Shown here piece after piece: positions 37,601-52,600 of a stretch of DNA of 56,632 nucleotides. This stretch comes from Chiloscyllium plagiosum (lineage: Eukaryota), in contig NC_057718.1 in assembly GCF_004010195.1 (NCBI RefSeq), positions 4,028,856 through 4,085,487 on the forward strand, read 5' to 3'. The stretch's first letter is position 1. The number at the start of each line of letters is the position of its first letter. Position numbers and translations under genes: made by a program. Below the pieces are notes generated by a model. That model was not told where the DNA came from. It made no database searches and saw only the letters and a program-made list of their open reading frames with translations.

Positions 37601-40600
37601 AGATGAACTTGCAGCTCTCCCACTGAGTCTCATTGTCACGATGCAAGGCATGTGTGTGAAGAGCTGTGACTGTGTGGTGTCCCAGCCTCAGGGATAGTCC
37701 AATAAGGAGGAGACTCAGTTCGATGTTTGACAGTTCTGTTAACTCAGTGAGAGGGGTCATGGACCAGGTTTGTAAAGATGTATAAAAGAAAATTGCTGTT
37801 GATGCTGAAAATCTAAGATAAAAACAGAAAGTGATGGTAAAAACCCAGTACATCTGGCAGGATGTGTGGAGAAAGATAAACAGAGTTATGGTTCTGGGTT
37901 CTGAAGAAGTCGCCTTGGACTTCAAACATTAACTTTGCTTCTCTCTCTACAGATGGTGTCAGACCTGCTGAGTTTCTTCAGCAATGTTGGTTTTTATTAT
38001 AAATATTTATCATTGCTTTGGGTGTCGTAGTACAATTTTTAAGTTTATAGATGTCATAAAAGATAGACTAGTGACAGACCATCCTGGACAAAGCAGTCTG
38101 CTTGACTGATTTGATTTGATTTGATTTGATTTGTTTTATTGTACTCACATGTACCCAAGTACAGTATATGTTTTGTTTTGCAAGCAGTGCAGGCAGATCA
38201 TAGCAAACAAGGACATATATATCATAGGATGCTTCGACAGAGCAAAGCATACACAGTTACAACTACACAGCAGCTGCACAAAACAACATCAACATTGTTT
38301 GAAATTAGAGAGGCTCATTCAGCCATTGAATAGCAGCAGGGAAGAAGCTGTTCTTGATGGTGCGCATGTTCAAGCTTCTGTATGTCCTGCCTGATGGAAG
38401 AGGTTGGAACAGAGCAGTACTAGGGTGGGAGGGATCTTTGATGAAGTTGGCAGCCTTTCCGTGGCAACGAGAAGTGGAAATGGAGTCCATGGATGGGAGG
38501 TTAGCTTCCGTGATGGTCTGGGCTATGCACACAACCTTCTGTAGTTTCTTACGGTCTTCGGCAAAGCAGTTGCCGTACTAGGCTGTGATGCACACAGGCA
38601 GAATGTTTTCTACGGTGCACCTGCAAATGTTGGGGAGGGTCCTTACGGACATGCCTAATTTCCTAAACTGCTTGCAGAAGAAGAGGCATTGTGCCTTCTT
38701 AATATCACATCTACATGTGAGGTTCAGGACAAACTATCAGTTACCATCACTCCCCAGGAACTTGAAGCTGTCGGCCCGCTTCACCTCACCTCCATTGATG
38801 TAAATAGGGGCATGTTCTCCTCCTTTCTTCCTGAAGTCAATGATCAGTTCTTTTATTTTGCTGATATTGAGAGAGATTGTTATCATTGTACCATGACACC
38901 AAACCTTTTATCTCCTTTCTGTATTCTGACTCATTGTTGTTTGAAACCTGTCCTACCACAATGGTGTCATCACAAACTTGTAGATGGCATTTATTTGGAA
39001 TTTGGCAATACAGTCATGGGTGTACAGAGAGTACAATAGGGGGCTAAGAATACACATTGTAGGGTTCCAATGTTGAGAATTATCATGGAGGAGGTGCAGT
39101 TATTTATCTTCACTTCTTGCCCTCCCGATTGCAGTCTATGGACCAGGAAGCTCAGGATCCTTTGGTGTGATTGGCACCACATCCACAAACATCCAGTCCT
39201 TCCACCAGGAGAAAGTGAGGATTACAGATGCTGGAGCTCAGAGTCGAGAGTGTGGTGCTAGAAAAGCACAGCAGGTCATCCAGCATCCGAGGAGCAGGAG
39301 AATCAATGTTTTGGGCATAAGCCCTTCACCAGGAACTTTCCACCACCAATGTCAGTCGCAGCAGTGTGTACTATCTACAAGATGCACTGCAGATATTCAC
39401 CAAAGATCCTGAGTCAGCACTTCCCAAACACACAACCACTTCCATCTAGAAAGACTAGGGCAACAGATACATGTGAACACCACCCCCTGAAAGTTCTTCT
39501 GCAAGCCACTCACCATCCTGACTTGGAAATGTATTGCTATTCCTTCACTGTCACTGGGTCAAAATCCTGGAATTCCCTCCCTAAGTGCATTATGGGTACA
39601 CCCACTGCACATAGACTACAGTGGTTCAAGAAGACAGCTCACCCCCACCTTCTCAAGGGCAACTAGTGATCACTCCCAGAAGTAATTTTTTTTTACATGT
39701 ACTTCTATTGAGTTTGAGAAGATGGTTGATTCTGTTCCAAGGTGAAATTACAGAGGAAACTCGATTATCCAAGCGGGAGGTATTTCATTCGGATAATTGA
39801 TTATTCGATAATTAATTTGACCTTAAACAAGGGAAGCCATACTGATCAAATGCTGTGCTCTGCTGGAGAGTTTGTTTAAATCCATAAATTTGATGAGTCT
39901 GTTATTTAAACAAACTAACCTTTGCATTGTGAAAATTGCAGGTTAAACTGAGAAGGACTAAACCCTTACCATCACATAAATATATGAAATCCCAGCATTA
40001 AACACGGCCCTGAACAGCTTCTACGATCACAAGAGCATTTGTCAGTTTCTGCTGAACTCAGTGTTGCGATAGAAATACAGAAGCACTGCTTCATGCATGT
40101 TTTTACATTTTCTGCCATTTTTTTCATGAATGACCCAGTAAAGTGACGGGAATAAAGCACTTACTTTGGCAAAGGGCTGTGTAAGTAATCCTTACGTTGG
40201 TGCTTGAGGTGTTTGTGTTTCTTTGTTTTTGCCAGTGTTTTCACATTCTCCAGTACAGGCAATCAGAGTACACTTACCTCTTTGACTTAATGTTTTTATG
40301 GGATCTCGAGAACGCGATCGGAAATTCAAAATTTGGATAATTGATATTCACATAATCGAGGTTTCTCAGTATTAGAGAAGATGAATTCTGCAATGATGCC
40401 TTCCCAGGGAGGGGTCACAGCTCCATGGAATATGGGTCAGAGAAATGCTGACAACATCACAACCCCAAGTTTCCAGTCCTGTCTCCTCTCTACTGGGAGT
40501 ACTGTTACTGAGTTCACTGTTTTGATGCTATTTTTTATAAAACAAATTTTCATATACTTACCTGTTACATTCAGCTGGGATCCATTCCCACTGATATCTC

Positions 40601-43600
40601 CCCATACTTTACAGTAATAGACTCCAGTGTCATTGGGCTGCACATTTGTGATGGTCAGAATGAAGGTTTCATTGGAGGAGTCTCTGGAAGATTGGAATCG
40701 CTCAGTGAATCCTGAGCTCCGTCGTGTGATGTTCCTCGTGTCATGTGTTAAACCCCACTGCATGGTATTCCCTGGTTGTTCCCAATACCAATGAACATCG
40801 GTGTGTGTCACTGCGGCATTCCTCATGGTGCACTGTAACCGGGCAGTGTGACCCTCAGTGACACGTTCCAGGCTCGGAGACTGGAGAAGGACTGGGACAT
40901 TTGCACCTTTAAGAGAAAACGTGTGAATAAATTAAAATTAGTCTGAAGCCTGTTAAATATCTCAAACATTTCATAAAAACATATCAGTTCATGTTACTTT
41001 GGGTAATTTCTCAACCTATTATCAAGCAGCTTAATCTGGAAGACTCAAGGATGACTTTAATTTGAAGATTAAGATGCAATGATCAGCTGCTTCTGCCACT
41101 TCCTCCTCAGTCACAAACTTGTTGCTTCTCCCTCCCTGATTCCCAGTTACTGCAGAATCCTCCCAGTCTTCTCCCCATGCTGCCTTCCTATTTCCTAATG
41201 ACTTAGTCCCTATTTATTTCTTCTCCACACTTTCCCTGAGTTTTCTTCATCCTTTACAATACAGCTCACACAGCTAGAGGTTTCTTGAAACTCACTGTCA
41301 TCAAGACCTTCCTCAAACAAGTCAATAAAGAGACTGAGGTGTCAATGGAGGAGCACTTTGGGGCAAGTGATCATAATTCTATCAGTTCGAAATGAGTTAT
41401 GGAAAAGGATAGACCTGACATAATAGTCAAAAGTTCTAAATTGGAGTAAGGCCAATTTTGACAGCAAGGTATTTGACAAGGTCCTGCATGATAGACTGAT
41501 TAGTAAGGTTACATCACATGGGTTCCAGGGGAGCCAACTGGATACAAAATTTACTTGAAGGTGGAGGCAGAGGGTGGTGAGGGAGGGTTGCTTTTAGGGC
41601 TGAAGGCCTGTAACATGAAGTATCAAGTGTTGGGTCCACTGCTTTTAGTCATTTATGTGAATGATTTAAAGGTGAATTAGGGAGAGATGATTTGTAAGTT
41701 TGCAGATGACACCAGAATTGGTGGTGTAGTGGGCAGTGAAGATGGTTATCTCAGATTCCAACAGGATCTTAATCAGATGGGCCAAGGGGCTGAGGAGTGG
41801 CAGATGGAGTTTAATTTTGATAAATATGAGGTGTTGCATTTTGGTAAGGCAGATCAGGGCAGGATCTATATACTTAATGGCAGGGCCCAGGGAGTGTTGC
41901 CAAATGAAGACAGCTAGGGGTACAGGGATACAGTTCCTTGAAAGTGGAGTTACAGGTAGATAGGTTGGTGAAGAAGGCACTTGGTTTGCTTGCCTCCACT
42001 GGTCAGTGCATTGAATATAGAAGTTGAGAGGTCATGTTGCGTTTGTACAGAATTTTAATGAGATCACTTTTAGAATACTGTGTTTAATTATGGTCTCCTT
42101 GTTATAGGAGGGGTAGTGTTAAACTTAATAGGGTTCAGAAAAGATTTACAAGGCTGTTGTTGGGATTGGAGTGTTCGAGCTATAAGTTTGATGATGAATA
42201 GGTTCTGCTTTTCTCCCTAGAGCATTTAAAGCTGAAGGGTGACCTCATAGAGGTTTATAAAATCCTGAGGGCCATGGATAGGGTGAGTGAACAAGGTCTT
42301 TTTTCTCAGGATAGAGGAGTCCAAAACTAGAGGGCATAGGTTTAAGGTAAGAGGGAAAAGATTTAAAAGGGACCTCAGGGGCAACATTTCATGCAGGGTT
42401 TGGTGCATGTATAATGCCAGAGGAACAGATAGAAGCTGTTACAATTACAACATTTAAAAGGCATCGAGATATGTATATGAAAAGGAAGGGTTTAGAATGA
42501 TACGGGCCAAACACTGGCAAATGGGACTAAATCAGTTTGAGATGTATTGTCAGTGCAATGAATTGGACCAAAGAATCTGGTTCTGTACTGTATGACTCTA
42601 TGACTCTAAGCCACCCGTATCCTTTGGACTCCCTGCCGCTGATGTTAATCTCTATTCCCAAAGCTCTCAAAACAATCTGTTCAAATCCATCCAGTCCAGC
42701 TCCCAGTTCACAGCATTGAAATTGGATCCTGCTCATCTATTGCTGAAATCAGACTCTCACTGGCTGAAATTCTGTGGGAAAAGATTTCTGAAGTGTCATC
42801 AGGGTTTGTGGAGAGTCTGTAATGATTTCATTACACCCCTGAGAAATATGAAAATGTGAGCTAAACCCGGGAGGGAGTCTCCCCCCCCCCTGTCACTCAG
42901 CTGCCTGTTTCAAATGGGCTCTTGCAACTTCCAAACTGCTCACTGGGGAAAGCTGCTTAAAGCTGGGACTGAAGGAGTACTTGAGAGTTATCCGTGTTGT
43001 TATTGTTGTTGTTGTTCTTGTTCTCTCTGGGTCACTGTCTGCCTGATAGCTTGTTCGTGATGTCTTTGTTTGGCACGGAGCTCTAACTGCTCTGTGGAAG
43101 CTGTCAAGTTGGGGAGCTCTGTCTCTAACCTCTGTGGCCAGCTTGGAGCTTCCCTCTACCTGGACCTTACCACTGCCTCCAATAGTTAAACATGAGGAAG
43201 GGAAGTTTAGGAGGGGACAAAATGTGGGATAAAACTGACAGACGGGGAGATAAGAGACGGGGAATGGGGGTGGCAGACATGAAAGTAGAATCAAGGCCAC
43301 CACCAGATCAGCGATGAGCTTATCAGATGGTGCAGCAGTCTGAGGGGTCAAATGGCCTGTTCCTGTGCCCTAAGGTCCTCTATGGCTCAGCTGATTGGCA
43401 GCTCCCTGCAACTGGTGCTGGAATGTCTGGTTTCCCCTCTTAGTGGGGACTCAGTGCTGGAGGAGAGAGAGCCTGCGGTCAGTCTCCCGAGAATTCTTCA
43501 TGATTCTTCCTCGATCAGTCAGCTTCCAAATGTTTCAGCTTCACTCGCAAATCCCCCCAACCCAAATTCAGCTTCAACAATTCCACACAAACCCTCACCC

Positions 43601-46600
43601 CCACCCCCACCACCGCTTCCCCCCTCCCCCCCAAAAGTTACTATGCATGTCACTGGTCCTGAAATCTGCTTCAGTGATTCAGTGTCAAATGCTGGTCAGT
43701 AAACACTCCTGTGAGATACTTTGTAACATGTTGCTACTGTCACTTGTTGCTATAAAAGTGCAGTTGTCTGCCACCACAGGCCCAGGCCAAGAGCTTTCTC
43801 CTTCAGGACTTGGTGTTGATACAATTGATGCTGCCTGCCCACAGAGAGCCTCCACAATCACAGTGTCATACAGTCATACAGCACAGAAATAGGCCTTTCG
43901 GTCCAACCAGTCCATGCTGACCATCTTCCCAAACTAAACTAGTCCCACCTGCCTGCTCCTGACCCATATCTCTCCAAATCTTTCCTATTGATGTACTTAC
44001 CTAAATGACTTTTAAATATTGTGACTGTATCCATATCCACCACTTCCTCTGGAGGTTCATTCCACACACAAACTAATCTGTGTAAAAATATTGCCCCCCC
44101 CTCCATGTCTTTTTAAAATCTTTTTCGTCTCACCTTAAAAATATGCCCCCTAGCCTTGGACTGTGGGAGGAGACCGGAGCACCCAGAGAAAACCCACGCA
44201 GACACGGGGAGAATGTGCAAACTCCACACAGACAGTCGCCCAAGGCTGGAATTGAACGTGGGACCCTGGTGCTGTGAGGCAGCAGTGCTAACCACTGAGC
44301 CACCATGCCACCATTTGCATTTTGTATCCAATTGGCAAGCTCACCCTGAATCGCATATGATCTAACTTTACTAATTAGTCTACCATGCGGAACCTCGCCA
44401 AAGCCCTGGATCTACTCAATTCTTTTCCCATGTGAAATTTATAAGAATCGTGTTGAGCACTTGGGGATGAGGGATGGAGTTTTCCTTATCAGGCTCTCTG
44501 GGTGAGGGCAGGGGCAGGAATGTGGGGAGGGAATGAAAGGGGTCTGAGGCAGGGCTTGGTGCAGTGGAGGAATCAGAGTGATGGGGCTAGAGGGCTACGA
44601 GGGGGTACAGTTGAGAGGGTGGGAGTGGGGGGGGAATGGTATTGATACAGGGCACTATGAAATGCAAAGTAAGAGCATAAATAGACCATTCAGCCCATCT
44701 AGCCTGCTCTGCCATTCAAGAAGATCATGGCTGATCTCTTTGTTGAGAATTCCATCTACCCCAATAGCATGAGATCTACCTCTGCCTTAAAACTATCCCA
44801 TCTCCACTACGTTCTGTTGCATTATGTTCAGAATTTGCACAACCCACTGAGAGAAAATGAATCAATCCCCTCATCTACATCCTAAGAGGTCAATCACTAA
44901 ATTTAAACAGTGCCCCTTGGCTCTGGGCTCACTCACAAGAAAAAGCTCACTCACATCCACTTTGTCAAGACCATAAAGGGTCTGATACACTTCGATTAAG
45001 TCAACCTGCACTTTTCTAAACTCCAGGGGAAACAAGCTCAGTCTGTCCATCCTTTCCTCATCAAAGAACCCACTCACTCCAGATGTTATTCCAATAAACC
45101 TCCTCTGAACCATCTCCAATACATTTCCATCCTTACTTCAAAAACAAAATCAAAACTGTACAGTATCTGAGATGTGGTCTCACCAATGCCCTGAATAACT
45201 GCAGCACAATACCTTTACGTTTATATTCAATTCCTCTCAATAATAAAGGTTAGCACACCACTAGCATTCATGTATACATGCTACACCTGCATCCAACCAT
45301 TTTGTGACTCACATTTGAAAATCTAGATCTCTCTGTACCTTGGAATTCTGCAGTTTTTTTTTAAATTAATGTTCTGCCTCTTTATTCTTCCAGTAAAAAG
45401 AGCAACTTCACATTTGTCTGCAGTATACCCCATCTAGCAGCTTGAAAGAATGGACAAGACTCCATCCCTATACATTTTCAACTTCCTTATGATATCTTTG
45501 CAACATACTTGCCAATCTAACTTGAATTGGCTGCGAATTTAGCTGACATGCCCTCGGTCCTCATACCAAGTCATTGATGTAAATTGTAAAACGTTAAGGT
45601 CCCAGCACAGACTGCTGTGAGATTCCCACTCATCACTTCCTGTAAATCAGAAAGAAACTCATTTCTGCATTCACTCTGTTTACTGTCAGCCAGCCAATCT
45701 TCGATCCAAGCTGATACGATACCCCTGACACAATGAGCTTTCATCTGCTGCAGTAACCTTTGATGCAATACTTAGTAAAATGCTTTCTGGAAATCCAAGT
45801 GCAGCATACCCGTTGGCTCCCCTTTATCCACAGTACAAGTTATTCCCTCAAAGAAGTCTAATAAATGAGTTTAACATGATTTCCCTATCCCAAAACCTTG
45901 TTAACTCTTCCCAATTATTCTGAATTTTCCCAGGTATGTAGCAAAAACATCTAATGATTGATTCCAGCTCTGTTTCCATGACAGACACCAAGCTAGCCAG
46001 CCATAGGTTCATCTTGTCTGCATCCCTTGACTCATAGTCATAGAGTATTAGAGTCCAACAGCACAGAGACTTTTGGCCTGACCAAAATGTCAATCCACAC
46101 TAAGCCCATTTCCCTGCACTTGGCCCACATCCTCCTAATCCTTTCCTATCCGTGTATTTGTAAAAATGCCTTTTAAATATTGTTCATATACCTGCCTCAA
46201 CCACTTCCACTGGTAATTCAATCCACATGCATAAGACTCTCTGGGTAAAAAGGTTGCCCTTCAGCTTCCCTTTTACTCCTTCCCCTATAATCTTAAACTG
46301 ATGCCCTCTAGTCCTCTACTCCCCAACTATGGAAAACAGACTGAGTGCATTTACCCTCTCCATGCCTCTCATGATCTTGTATACATCTATAAGATTTCCC
46401 CCTCAGACTCATTTGCTCTAAAGAGAAATGTCCTAGCTTTTCCAACTTCTCCCCATAACTGAGACCACTAAGCCCTGGCATCATCTTTGTAAATTTCTTC
46501 TGCACTCTTTCCAGTTAAATAACATCCTTCCTCTCGCAAGGTGACCAAAATTGAGCACAATGTTCCAATGTGGCCTCACCAACGTCCTGCATAACTGCAA

Positions 46601-49600
46601 CAGAACTTCCCAACTTCTATACTCAATGCCCTGACTGATGAAGGTCAGTGTGCTAAAAGCCTTCTTCATTACCCTGTCTATCTATGACTCCAATTTCAGA
46701 GAACCATGCACCTGTACGCCAAGGTTCCTCTGTTCCATTACACTCCTTAAGGCGCGACCATTCACCATGAAACTCCTATCTTGATTTGACTTTCCAAAGT
46801 GCAAGACCTTACACTTATTTATATTAAACTCCATTTGCCATTTCTCAGCCCACTTCCTCAGCTGATCAAGGTCTTGCTATAATTTCTGATAACCTTCCTC
46901 ACTGTCCATGATACGGCCTATTTTTGCATCATCAGCAAACTTACTAATCATGCCTTGTACATTCTCATCCAAATCATTGACATAGATAGTGATCAGCAAA
47001 GGGCCCAGCACTGATGCCTGAGGCACTAGTCACAGGCCTCCAGTCCAACAAGCACTCTTCCACTAATCCCCTCTGCTTCCTACCATCAAGCCAATTTTGT
47101 ATCCAGTTTGCCAGTTCACCCTGGATTCCATGTGATCTAACCTGCCAGAGCAGCCTCCATTGAAACCTTATTAAAGGCCTTACTGAAATCCATACAGACC
47201 ACATCTACCATCCTGCCCTCATCAATCTTCCTGGTCACTTCATCAAAGAATTCTAACAAATTTGTGAGGCTTGATCTCCCATTCACAAAGCCATGCCAAC
47301 TCCTTCAAATCAAACCCTGTCTTTCTAGACGCATGTATATCTTATCCCTCAGAATCTTCTCAAGTAACTTACCTATGGCAGATGATAGGCTGACTGGTCT
47401 ATATTTGCCAGGTTTTTCTTGGCAGCCCTTCTTGAATACTTTCCAGTCTTCTGGGGTCTCACCCATGGCTAATGATGATGCAAAAATATCAGCCACGTCC
47501 CCGTAATTTCTTCTCTAGCCTCTTGAAGTGTTCTTGGATATATCTGGTCAGGACTAGGAGATGTACCCACCTTCATACATTCTAATACAGCCATCACCTC
47601 CTCTACTGTGATATGGACTGTCCCCAAGATATCACCACTAACTTCCCCAAGTTCCCAAGTCTTCAGGTCTTTCTCCACAGTAAACACAGAGGAGAAATAT
47701 TCATTTAGGATCTTGTCCATCTCCTGCAGTTCTACATATACATGTCCACATTGGTCCTTGAGGGGTCCTCTTCTCTCTCTAGTAATTTTTTTTCCTTTAA
47801 TATACTGAAAGAACCTATTTGAATTCACCCTAATCTTCTCTGCCAAGGGTATCTCATGCCACCTCCTGATTTTCTTCTTCAGTAAACTCCTGTCTTCCTG
47901 ATATACCTCCATGGATTCCATTGATCCCAGCAGCCTGCTCCTGAGCCATGCCTCCTCCTTTTTTTCTGGTCATAACCTCTTGACATCCAGAGTTCCCTAT
48001 TCCTGCCAATCTTGCCTTTCACCTTCACAGGAACATATAGACCGTGAACTCTAGCTATCTCACTTTTAAAGGCCTCCCATTTGCTGGAGGTCCCTTTACC
48101 TGCAAAGAAACAACTCAAATCAACCCCTGCAAGTTCCTGTCTAATTCCATCAAAATTTGCCTTGCCCCAATTTAGAATGTGAACCTGTGCACCAGTTTTG
48201 TCCCTCTCCATAACTATTTTAAAATTAATAGAACTTGGTCACTGGTCCCAAAGTGCTCCTCAGTGTCACCTCGATCACCTGTCCTGCCCTATTTCCCAAG
48301 AGTAGATTGAGTTTTGCCCCTTCCTGAGTAGGGCCCTCTATATACTGCTTGAGGAAACTTTCCTGAGTGCACTTAACAAATTCCATCCTACCTTACCCCT
48401 TAACGCTATGGTAGCATTATGGAAGCAATGTATTTACTAAAGTCTAGTTTTACTTTTCCTGAATCTAGGGAACTTTAGAAAATTAACAGCAAACCGATCC
48501 ATGATTACCAGAGCCACCTATTTTAATACCCAAGGCTGAAGTATATCTGGAGCTGGAAATTTCTCAACCCACAGTTCCACCAGTTTATTCAGTACTGTGA
48601 TTGTAATTTAACAATGTTTCTCTCTTCCATCCACCTCTTTGTTTGCAGCTGTTGTTGAAATGGTTTTTGTATCCTCTGTAGTGAAGGAATTTCCTTATTA
48701 TCTAACAACTGTCCATTCTCTTTCCAGAGGGCCACTTTACATGCTACAAGATTTTACATTACCAGCTATCTTTCTGTTGTACTCTAATTTCTTCCTCCTA
48801 ATTAAATTTTAACCTTTCTCTGTCATTTTTTTTATACTCTGACAAATCTTCTGACCTGCTGCTCATCTTTATGTGCTTTTTTCTCAAGTTTGACACTTGC
48901 TCCGAACTTCTTTCATGAACCAAGGATGGTGGGTCATCCTTTCAGAGATTTTCCTCCTCGTAGCAATATACCAAATCTGAGCATTCTGAAATCCCCCTTA
49001 AATATCTGTCATTGTGTCTCTATTGAGCTTCCCCCTCACTTTGCCTGCCTGTTCAGTCAGCTATTTGTTCCTGCATAATTGCATCTAAGTTTAAAATAAT
49101 TGTCTTAGACCCGGTCTTCTCTCTTTCAAACTGAATGTAAAAGTCAATCATATGGTGGTCATTACTCCCCTTGAAGGAAGTCATTAATCTTGTCATATTC
49201 CACAATGCCAAGTCTAAATGACTATCTGATACTTTCTGATAGCAGCATGTTGTGGAATCACTCTCCAAAGTATTCTCTGAATTCTTCATCCAGGTGACCA
49301 ATTGTCAATCTGATTTCTCCAGTTTGTATGTAGATTTAAATTACTCATAATTATTCCTATTATCACATGTACACAATGTTTCTTCTTCTCTACTGTCTTC
49401 CGCACTGTAGTTCCTGCTGTGACCTCCCATGAGTGAATTCATTCCCTTACTTTTTTCTCATCGCCACCCAAACCAATTCTACATCATGATCTCCTGGACC
49501 AAGGGCATCTCCAGCTGTTGTACCATTGTTCATAGAGACACAGAAACTAGCAGCAGGGATAGGCCATTTGAGCTTATCCCAACATTCATGGCTCAGTCCC

Positions 49601-52600
49601 CTGTTCCTGTTTTTTTCTCCATATCCTTTGATGCCTTTAGCCTGAAGAACTTTATCTATCGCCTTCTTGAAAACATTCAATGTTTTGGTGTTACCCTTGT
49701 TTAACATTGCTACCCCTTCAGCTTTTACCTAGATTCGACTTGAATCTATGTGGTCCCTGAGCATGTAGGGTGGGACTTGTAGTGAGTGAGGGGTGTGCAA
49801 CAATTATGGGAAATACAAAGAAACTCCAAGTGGTTTCACTGGGGTTAGTTTCTGGTCAATTTGGAGGGATAAGTATGTGAAATGATGGGATCTGAGGCAT
49901 GGACTGCTCCTGAAAGGATGCTGGGAGGGAGGGTAAGATGATATTTCCTCAATCCCAGTGTGGGAATGTCAGTGTGGATGATGATGAGGGACACATTGGG
50001 CACTAGAAAGGTGGGCAACTTCAGGTGCAGGTGGCAGAATGGCTAACTCCCAGTCTCACGTGCCTGAGCTAGGGCTGATGGTCTTGGGGGGCTGGGGCTG
50101 TGGAAGAGGGTTATGAAAAGGTGGAGTTCTCTTTGAGACCCAGGGGTATGTTCAGGGGGTTCCCTCTCATGAGGCAGCCATACCATTTCTGAGAGGGAGA
50201 AGTAAAGATCCTGTCGTTATAGATCGGCTGAGCCGCAGTCTGGCTGCCAGTTTTCCTGAGGCTGGGGAAAGCTGCTGACCAGAGTTAAAGGTGTAGATCT
50301 CAACTACACTGAGGATCCCAACCTCACTGTAACATTTAAAGGAACAGCCTGCCTTCTGGGACTGCATTGGTCATCCACTCACCTTCTGACCCCAGACCAA
50401 GCTGCAAAGGGGTTGGTATGAAGATTATTTAGGAGGGAATCGGATTTTTAAGACTTTAACCCCTCCCACCCCACACCGCACCATGAATTCTCAAAAACAA
50501 TTTTTTTTTATTTCTCTGGGATTTAGCTGCTCTCTTTGTTTGGAGTTAATGTTACAAAAACTAATTTCTACAGGGAATCTCAACTGGAAAATCACATATA
50601 ACAACTGGAATGTTCAGTAAACTCTCCCAATGGGTGAAACTTTAAGCTTACAGCCCACAGAGCCAATTTGATACTGTATTTTGGTGTTTAAATTGTTCAT
50701 TTTCATTTCCCATACTCCAGGCTCCTTGCGGTTCAGCCTTGTTGCCCTTCTGGGTCTCACCCTCGCTGGGAGGGCTATGTCCTGTGAACACTCCATTCAA
50801 ATGCCCCAACCACAGAGAGACATCCCATTAGCAAGGAGTTTCCTGGAAGTCCTGTCTTCCACCAGTGCAATGACTGTGAAATATGATTCCACATTCCCAA
50901 ATTACAGATGACAAGATCACCCATTGTAAGTTAATGTCACAAGAGGCATTTAGTCTCATCAAGGGGAGCAGCTTTGGGAATAAGTATTTTTTTTCATATA
51001 TACATCCCAGTCAAAGTCCCCACGTAATCAGGCTTATTCTGAGGATTATGATTCCTTTTCTTCAACACAACTTGGTGACAGTGACCACAACTGCCTCACC
51101 TTTACCATAGCCGTGGAAAGGGATAGGAACCCACAGTCCAGGAACACATTTAATTGGGGAAGGGGAAATTATTCTGCTATCAAACAGGAGCTGAGGAGTA
51201 TAAATTGGGAACAATTGTTCTACAGGAAATGCACAACATAAATGTGAAGGCTGATTAAGGAGCACTTGTTGCGAGTGTTGGATAACTTTGTCCCACTGAG
51301 ACAGGCAAGGAATGGTAAGGTGAAGGAACCTTGGATGACAAGAGGAGAGGAGTTTCTCGTCAAGAGGAAGAAGGAAGCTTATTTAAGCTTTGGGAATCAA
51401 GGATATAGTACAGCTTTAGAGGATTACAGGGTAGCTAGGAAAGAACTCAAAAACGGACAGAGGAGAGGCGGGAGGGGCACGAGAAAACATTGGTGGGAAG
51501 GATTAGGGAAAACCCAAAGGCATTCTACACTTACATGAGGAATATGAGAATGGTCAGAGAGAGGCTAGGGCCCATCAGGGATAGTGGAGGGAACTTGTGC
51601 CTGGAGTCTGAAGAGGTAGGGGATGCCCTAAGAGACTTTTTTGTTTCAATATTCACTATAGCGTGGGACCTTGTTGATAGTGAGAACACCATGGACCAGG
51701 TTCATAGGCTTGAACAGATTGATATTAAGGAAGTGGATGTGCTGGACATTTTGGGAAGCATCAAGATACATTCATCCCCAGGGCCAGACCAGATACACCC
51801 AAGGTTACTATGGGAAGTGAGGAATGAGTTTGCTGCGCCTCTCGCAATGATCTTTGCATCCTCACCCTCCACGGGAGTAGTACCGGATACTTGGAGGGAG
51901 GTGAATGTTGTTCCTCTGTTCAAGAAAGGGAATAGGGAAATCCCTCGGAATTACAGGCCAATCAGTCTTACATCTGTGGTAAGCAAGGTCCTAGAAAAGA
52001 TTCTGAGAGTTAGGATTTATCACTATTTGAAAAAACATAGTTTGATTAAAGATAGTCAGCATGACTTTGTGCAGGGCAGGTCATGCCTCACAAGCCGTAT
52101 TGAGTTATTTGAGGATGTGACAAGACAAGTTGATGAGGGTCGAGTAGTGGATGTGGTACATATGGATTTCAGTTAGGAATTTGATCAGGTTTCCCCATGG
52201 TAGGCTCATTCAGAAAGTTAGAAGGTATGACATACAGGGAAATTTGATTGTCTGGATACAGAATTGACTGGCCAAAAGAATACAGTGAGTGATAGTGGAT
52301 GGAAAGTATTCCGCCTGGAGATTGGTGACCACTGGTGTCCCACAGCGATCTGTTCTTGGGCCTCTGCTCTTTGTAGTTTTTTATAAACAACTTGGATGAA
52401 GAAGTGGAAAAATGAGTTAGTAAGTTTGCTGATGACACAAAGGTCGGTGGTGTTGTAAGTAGCGTTAAGGGCTGTTGCAGACTACAACAAGGCATTGACA
52501 GGATGCCGAGCTGGGCTGAAAGGTGGCAGATGGAGTTCAACCTGGATAAATTCAAAGTGATTCATTTTGGAAGGTTGAATTTGAATGCTGAATACAGGGT

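Noticed and set aside
42893-43892. ORFs of 116-165 aa in the D1-D2 intron
   Set aside because: No Ig or other motif, partly low complexity, and no phase-compatible splice sites identified.
50383-50401. 19-nt micro-exon with good minus-strand splice sites in the D1-D2 intron
   Set aside because: It would frameshift the receptor and has no supporting evidence.
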